Part shown: in pieces, positions 28,367 to 32,000 of the stretch
Layout of the letters: every line of letters starts with the position of its first letter
Position numbering within the stretch: the first letter of the stretch is position 1
Assembly: GCF_001598795.1 (NCBI RefSeq)
Contig: NZ_BCZP01000001.1
Coordinates: 570,001 to 602,000, forward strand
Source: Delftia acidovorans NBRC 14950
Lineage (GTDB): Bacteria; Pseudomonadota; Gammaproteobacteria; Burkholderiales; Burkholderiaceae_C
Length of the DNA: 32,000 nucleotides
Direction of reading: 5' to 3'
Made by a program: the position numbers and the translations under genes
Notes under the pieces: model-generated
Database searches by the model: none
Told to the model about the DNA's origin: nothing
Seen by the model: the letters and a program-made list of their open reading frames with translations, nothing else

Positions 28367-29181
28367 CCCTTCAAGTAGGCGCACTCATCATCGGAGACGA
28401 AATCCTGTCGGGCAAGCGTGCCGACAAGCACCTTCCCAAGCTGATCGAGCTGCTGGGCGCGCGTGGCCTGTCCCTGGCCCATGCCGAGTACGTGGGCGAT
28501 GACCGGGCGCGCATCACCGATGCCCTGCGCCGCGCCTTCGCATCGCAGGCCGTGGTCTTCAGCTTTGGCGGCATAGGCGCCACCCCCGACGACCACACGC
28601 GCCAATGCGCGGCCGAGGCCCTGGGCGTGCCGCTGGCACTGCACCCGGAAGCCGTGGCCCTGATCCGCGAGCGCATGCGCGATGTGGCCACCGAAGAAGG
28701 CAAGCCCTACGAACCCCAGCGCGCCGACAACCTGCACCGGCTGCAGATGGGCAACTTCCCCGAAGGCGCGCGCATCATCCCCAACGTCTACAACAAGATC
28801 CCGGGCTTTTCCTGCTCGGGCACAGCGGGCACCGTGCACTTCGTGCCCGGTTTCCCTGTCATGGCCTGGCCCATGGTCGAGTGGGTGCTGGAGCAGCGCT
28901 ATGCCAAGCATTTCCACAGCACGGTGCAGCGGGAGCATTCGGTCATCGTCTACGGCGGCATGGAGGCCACGTTGACGCCGTTGATGGTGGCCATAGAGCG
29001 CGACCACCCGGGCGTCAAGGTGTTCAGCCTGCCCAGCGTGGATGATTCCAAGCACGGCCGGCACATAGAACTTGGTGTCAAGGGCGAAGCTGGTGCCGTC
29101 ACCAAGGCTTGGCCCACGCTGCTGGAAGGTTTGCACTCATTTGGTGCAATTCTTGGCCCTGAATTGGTGCGCAATATCTGA
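28363..29181 (+). CDS. CinA-like molybdopterin-binding (MoCF-BD) domain protein, without a C-terminal PncC deamidase domain
   Basis: MTLQVGALIIGDEILSGKRADKHLPKLIELL...VVFSFGGIGATPDDHT matches the CinA/MoaB-type N-domain. The ATG overlaps the upstream stop (ATGA). 272 aa. Confidence 0.78.
   Translation: MTLQVGALIIGDEILSGKRADKHLPKLIELLGARGLSLAHAEYVGDDRARITDALRRAFASQAVVFSFGGIGATPDDHTRQCAAEALGVPLALHPEAVALIRERMRDVATEEGKPYEPQRADNLHRLQMGNFPEGARIIPNVYNKIPGFSCSGTAGTVHFVPGFPVMAWPMVEWVLEQRYAKHFHSTVQREHSVIVYGGMEATLTPLMVAIERDHPGVKVFSLPSVDDSKHGRHIELGVKGEAGAVTKAWPTLLEGLHSFGAILGPELVRNI
29132..29148. promoter_or_regulatory. NtrC-type dyad TGCACTCATTTGGTGCA (perfect TGCAC-N7-GTGCA)
   Basis: Matches the enterobacterial NtrC consensus TGCACC-N5-GGTGCA. 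It lies inside the last 50 nt of the CinA-like CDS, about 240 nt upstream of the predicted sigma-54 start site. Confidence 0.6.
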
Positions 29182-29203
29182 TTTACGGGCCGGTCCCTGA
29201 ATC

Positions 29204-29220
29204 TGCACCGATTTGGTGAA
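29204..29220. promoter_or_regulatory. NtrC-type dyad TGCACCGATTTGGTGAA (one mismatch)
   Basis: Read directly from the sequence. It is 72 bp centre-to-centre from the first dyad. Confidence 0.5.
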
Positions 29221-29333
29221 GATGCCGGGCGGTGGATCGAATGCCGACAGAGGCCTCAATGTCATCCACAAGCCCTTCCCAAGGCGGCAGAATCACGGGG
29301 CTGGCGCGCCAAGCAGGTGCCAGTCTGCAGGCA

Positions 29334-29350
29334 TGCACTCAATGGATGCA
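29334..29350. promoter_or_regulatory. NtrC-like dyad TGCACTCAATGGATGCA abutting the -24 element
   Basis: One mismatch to TGCAC-N7-GTGCA. It ends 3 nt before the TGGCAC of the sigma-54 promoter. Confidence 0.4.
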
Positions 29351-29353
29351 GCC

Positions 29354-29370
29354 TGGCACGCAAACTGCTT
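29354..29370 (+). promoter_or_regulatory. sigma-54 (-24/-12) promoter of glnA
   Basis: TGGCACGCAAACTGCTT compared with the consensus TGGCACG-N4-TTGCW. GG and GC are exactly 12 nt apart (29355 and 29367). It lies about 50 nt upstream of the glnA ATG. An AT-rich tract and an AGGAGAG SD follow. Confidence 0.75.
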
Positions 29371-29417
29371 AAGAGTATTTATCTTTTTTGATCAGCCAGA
29401 TTGGCAGGAGAGATCTG

Positions 29418-30833
29418 ATGGCAAAGACCGTTGCAGACGTGTTGAACATGGTGAAGGAGAACGAGGTCAAATTCGTGGACCTTCGTTTTACGGACACCCG
29501 TGGCAAGGAGCAGCACGTCACGGTGCCGGTGTCGCACTTCGACGAAGACAAGTTCACCTCGGGCCACGCCTTCGACGGCTCGTCGGTGGCAGGCTGGAAG
29601 GGCATTGAAGCATCTGACATGCAGCTGATGCCCGATCCCGCTACCGCGAACATCGACCCCTTCTTTGAAGAGACCACGCTGTTCCTGCAGTGCGATGTGA
29701 TCGAACCCGGTGATGGCAAGGCCTACGACCGCGATCCCCGCTCCGTGGCCAAGCGTGCCGAAGCCTATCTGAAGGCATCGGGCCTGGGCGACACCGCCTA
29801 CTTCGGACCCGAACCCGAATTCTTCATCTTCGACGGCGTGCGCTGGAACACCGAACCCGGCAGCACCTTCTACGAAATCGAAGAGTACGAAGCACCCTGG
29901 AATTCGGGCGCCAAGTTCGAATCCGGCAACCGCGGCCACCGTCCGCGCAACAAGGGCGGCTACTTCCCCGTGCCCCCCGTGGACAGCACCCAGGATCTGC
30001 GCGCCGAAATGGTGCTGCTGCTCGAACAGCTGGGCATTCCCGTCGAAGTGTTCCACCACGAAGTGGCTGGCGCCGGCCAGAACGAGATCGGCACCCGCTT
30101 CAGCACCCTGGTGGAGCGCGCCGACTGGACACAGGTCATGAAGTACGTGATCTGGAACGTGGCCAACACCTACGGCAAGACCGCCACCTTCATGCCCAAG
30201 CCCTATCCGGGCGACAACGGCTCGGGCATGCACGTGCACCAGTCCGTCTGGAAGGATGGCAAGAACCTGTTCGCAGGTGACGGCTACGCCGGCCTGTCCG
30301 ACTTCGCGCTGTACTACATCGGCGGCATCATCAAGCACGCCCGTGCCCTGAACGCCATCACCAATCCCGGCACCAACAGCTACAAGCGCCTGGTGCCCGG
30401 CTTCGAGGCTCCGGTCAAGCTGGCCTACTCGGCCAAGAACCGCTCGGCATCGATCCGCATCCCCTACGTGGCCAACCCCAAGGGCCGCCGCGTCGAGGCA
30501 CGCTTCCCCGATCCGCTGATGAACCCCTACCTGGGCTTCTCGGCCCTGCTGATGGCAGGTCTGGACGGCGTGGAAAACAAGATCCATCCCGGCGAAGCCG
30601 CGACCAAGGATCTGTACCACCTGCCCCCGGAAGAGGACAAGCTGGTGCCCACGGTCTGCCACAGCCTGGACCAGGCCCTGGAAGCGCTGGACGCGGACCG
30701 CTCGTTCCTGACCAAGGGCGGCGTGTTCTCGGACAGCATGCTCGATGCCTACATCGAGCTGAAGATGGGCGAAGTGACCCGTTACCGTCAGGCCGTGCAT
30801 CCGGTCGAGTACGACATGTACTTCTCGCTGTAA
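29418..30833 (+). CDS. glnA: glutamine synthetase type I
   Basis: [69 protein letters not shown] and [13 protein letters not shown], plus the adenylylation-loop region PPEEDKL. AGGAGAG SD 6 nt upstream. Confidence 0.97.
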   Translation: MAKTVADVLNMVKENEVKFVDLRFTDTRGKEQHVTVPVSHFDEDKFTSGHAFDGSSVAGWKGIEASDMQLMPDPATANIDPFFEETTLFLQCDVIEPGDGKAYDRDPRSVAKRAEAYLKASGLGDTAYFGPEPEFFIFDGVRWNTEPGSTFYEIEEYEAPWNSGAKFESGNRGHRPRNKGGYFPVPPVDSTQDLRAEMVLLLEQLGIPVEVFHHEVAGAGQNEIGTRFSTLVERADWTQVMKYVIWNVANTYGKTATFMPKPYPGDNGSGMHVHQSVWKDGKNLFAGDGYAGLSDFALYYIGGIIKHARALNAITNPGTNSYKRLVPGFEAPVKLAYSAKNRSASIRIPYVANPKGRRVEARFPDPLMNPYLGFSALLMAGLDGVENKIHPGEAATKDLYHLPPEEDKLVPTVCHSLDQALEALDADRSFLTKGGVFSDSMLDAYIELKMGEVTRYRQAVHPVEYDMYFSL

Positions 30834-30844
30834 GGCGAGTCGGC

Positions 30845-30871
30845 AAAAAGGCGGCGCAAGCCGCCTTTTTT
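30845..30871. terminator. strong, potentially bidirectional rho-independent terminator after glnA
   Basis: AAAAA-GGCGGC-GCAA-GCCGCC-TTTTTT, with an A-tract upstream and a T-tract downstream of a GC stem with a GNRA loop. Confidence 0.9.
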
Positions 30872-31013
30872 GCTTTCGGCCAGGACCTGGGTATGCTGGG
30901 CGCGGAACCAAAAGGGGTTGGCCCGCTCAAGAAATGACGTCCAGCCCGGAAGATGGAGCGATACTTGCCCGGATAAGCCGGGCCCTTCCGATCTGGCTAC
31001 CCGAGGGAATGGA

Positions 31014-31517
31014 ATGAAGAAACTGTTTGTGTCACTGCTGCTGCCCCTGCTGTCGGTGGGAGCCTGGTCCCAGGATGTGATCTACCGCTGCGGCAACGAG
31101 TACACCAACAACGTCAGCCAGGCCAAGGCCAAGGACTGCAAGCCGGTGGATGGCGGGCATGTGACGGTGATCCATGGCGGCAGCAAGCCGGCGGCCTCGG
31201 GCGGCAGCCAGGCACCGCGCACCTCCGCCGCTCCGGCCGCAGGATCGCCCGCTCCGGCCAAGGTCAACAGCAGCGCCCAGAAGGCCCGCGACTCCGACGC
31301 GCGGACCATTCTGGAAAGCGAGCTGGCCCGCGCCCAGGAGAAGCTGACACAGCTGCGTCAGGAGTACAACGATGGCAATCCCCAGCGCACCGCATTGGAG
31401 TTGCGCAATCCCCAGGGCTATCTGGAACGTGTCGAGCAGCTCAAGAGCAGCATCTCGCGGCAGGAAGGCGATGTCGCCGGCATCCGCCGTGAGCTGGATC
31501 GACTTCCCAAGAACTGA
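31014..31517 (+). CDS. small secreted protein of unknown function (possibly DUF4124-like) with coiled-coil C-terminus
   Basis: Signal peptide MKKLFVSLLLPLLSVGAWSQ, then DVIYRCGNEYTNN...DCKPV (two Cys). A Pro/Ala/Ser linker follows, then a helical segment ILESELARAQEKLTQLRQEY...VEQLKSSISRQEGDVAGIRRELDRL. GAGGGA SD 5 nt upstream. Confidence 0.7.
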   Translation: MKKLFVSLLLPLLSVGAWSQDVIYRCGNEYTNNVSQAKAKDCKPVDGGHVTVIHGGSKPAASGGSQAPRTSAAPAAGSPAPAKVNSSAQKARDSDARTILESELARAQEKLTQLRQEYNDGNPQRTALELRNPQGYLERVEQLKSSISRQEGDVAGIRRELDRLPKN

Positions 31518-31547
31518 CGGGCCCGCGCGGCCCACCGGAGCCCGGCC

Positions 31548-32000
31548 ATGATCCAGGACGACCGGCCGGCGCCCCCGGCCTCCTATCAGGCGCTTGACCT
31601 GCTGTGCACGCTGATGACCGTGCTCGACGAGCAGGGTGCCGTGCTTTTCGCCAACGCCGCCCTTGAAAACGCACTGGGCCTGTCGCGCCGCATGCTCGAA
31701 GGCAGCGAGCTGGCGGCCTGTTTCACCGAGCCTGCCTTGCTGGACAAGGCCTTGCGTGGCGCCCAGGACAACGACTTCGCGGCCCTGCGCTTCGAGGCCA
31801 GCCTGCACCGCGTGGGCGGCGATGCGCTGCCCGTGCACGTCACGGTCTCGCTGGCCGAGCGGCCCGGCCATGTGCTGGTCGAGTTCTGGCCGCTGGAGCA
31901 GCAGGCCCGCCAGGACCGCGAGGAGCGGCTGCGCGAGCAGGCCCAGGCGCACAAGGAGCTGATCCGCAACCTGGCCCACGAGATCAAGAACCCGCTGGGC
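31548..32000 (+). CDS. ntrB: nitrogen regulation sensor histidine kinase NtrB (GlnL), 5-prime part; runs off the right edge
   Basis: Own translation: MIQDDRPAPPASYQALDLLCTLMTVLDEQGAVLFANAALENALGLSRRML (PAS-like) ... KELIRNLAHEIKNPLG (H-box, phospho-acceptor His). GGAG SD 7 nt upstream. The frame stays open to position 32000 and is absent from the ORF track because it has no stop. Confidence 0.85.
   Translation, partial: MIQDDRPAPPASYQALDLLCTLMTVLDEQGAVLFANAALENALGLSRRMLEGSELAACFTEPALLDKALRGAQDNDFAALRFEASLHRVGGDALPVHVTVSLAERPGHVLVEFWPLEQQARQDREERLREQAQAHKELIRNLAHEIKNPLG

Noticed and set aside
29213-29608. 131-aa plus-strand ORF across the glnA promoter and 5-prime end
   Set aside because: It overlaps the sigma-54 promoter and glnA in a different frame. 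It has an Arg/Gly-rich composition and no SD.
29379-30911. 510-aa minus-strand ORF antisense to glnA. Similar antisense ORFs cover purA (22239-23675), hisZ (21045-22226), hisS (12253-13536), scpB (4784-5947), rluD (3720-4958), and plus-strand 28-1158 opposite the oxidoreductase.
   Set aside because: All mirror a well-supported gene on the other strand, lack SD or start context, and have the skewed composition typical of off-frame translation in high-GC DNA.

Overview
This GC-rich window has strong third-position GC bias. It is almost entirely a co-directional plus-strand block of conserved housekeeping genes, with only two minus-strand genes at the far left. The plus-strand gene order is surE-pcm-nlpD-rluD-scpB-rluB, then ndk-rlmN-pilW(pilF)-rodZ-ispG-hisS-yfgM-like-bamB-der. 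It continues hfq-hflX-hflK-hflC, hisZ-purA-phosphoribosyltransferase, and a five-gene envelope/membrane cluster of unclear role: YVTN beta-propeller, CE4 deacetylase, fatty-acid-hydroxylase/sterol-desaturase family, EI24/CysZ-like and CinA-like. The window ends with glnA, a small secreted protein and the start of ntrB. The synteny and protein sequences look like a betaproteobacterium (Burkholderiales, Comamonadaceae-like); this is inference, since no search was possible. I found no tRNA/rRNA, CRISPR array, IS element, integrase, toxin-antitoxin or recognisable defence genes. I do not see convincing evidence for a novel multi-gene system. The many very long antisense or alternate-frame ORFs in the track are the expected stop-codon-poor artefacts of high-GC coding DNA. 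The observations worth a second look are small-scale. They include a textbook terminator hairpin inside the longest rluD ORF, a hairpin/T-tract that buries the hflX Shine-Dalgarno, and overlapping inverted repeats in the hisS leader. They also include a shared TCGGA(A/T)T motif upstream of hisZ and purA, a sigma-54 promoter for glnA with NtrC dyads, a coding tandem repeat in the scpB tail, and the poorly characterised 24.4-29.2 kb cluster. Start codons are often GTG or TTG, and several neighbouring genes overlap by 1-8 nt, which suggests translational coupling.
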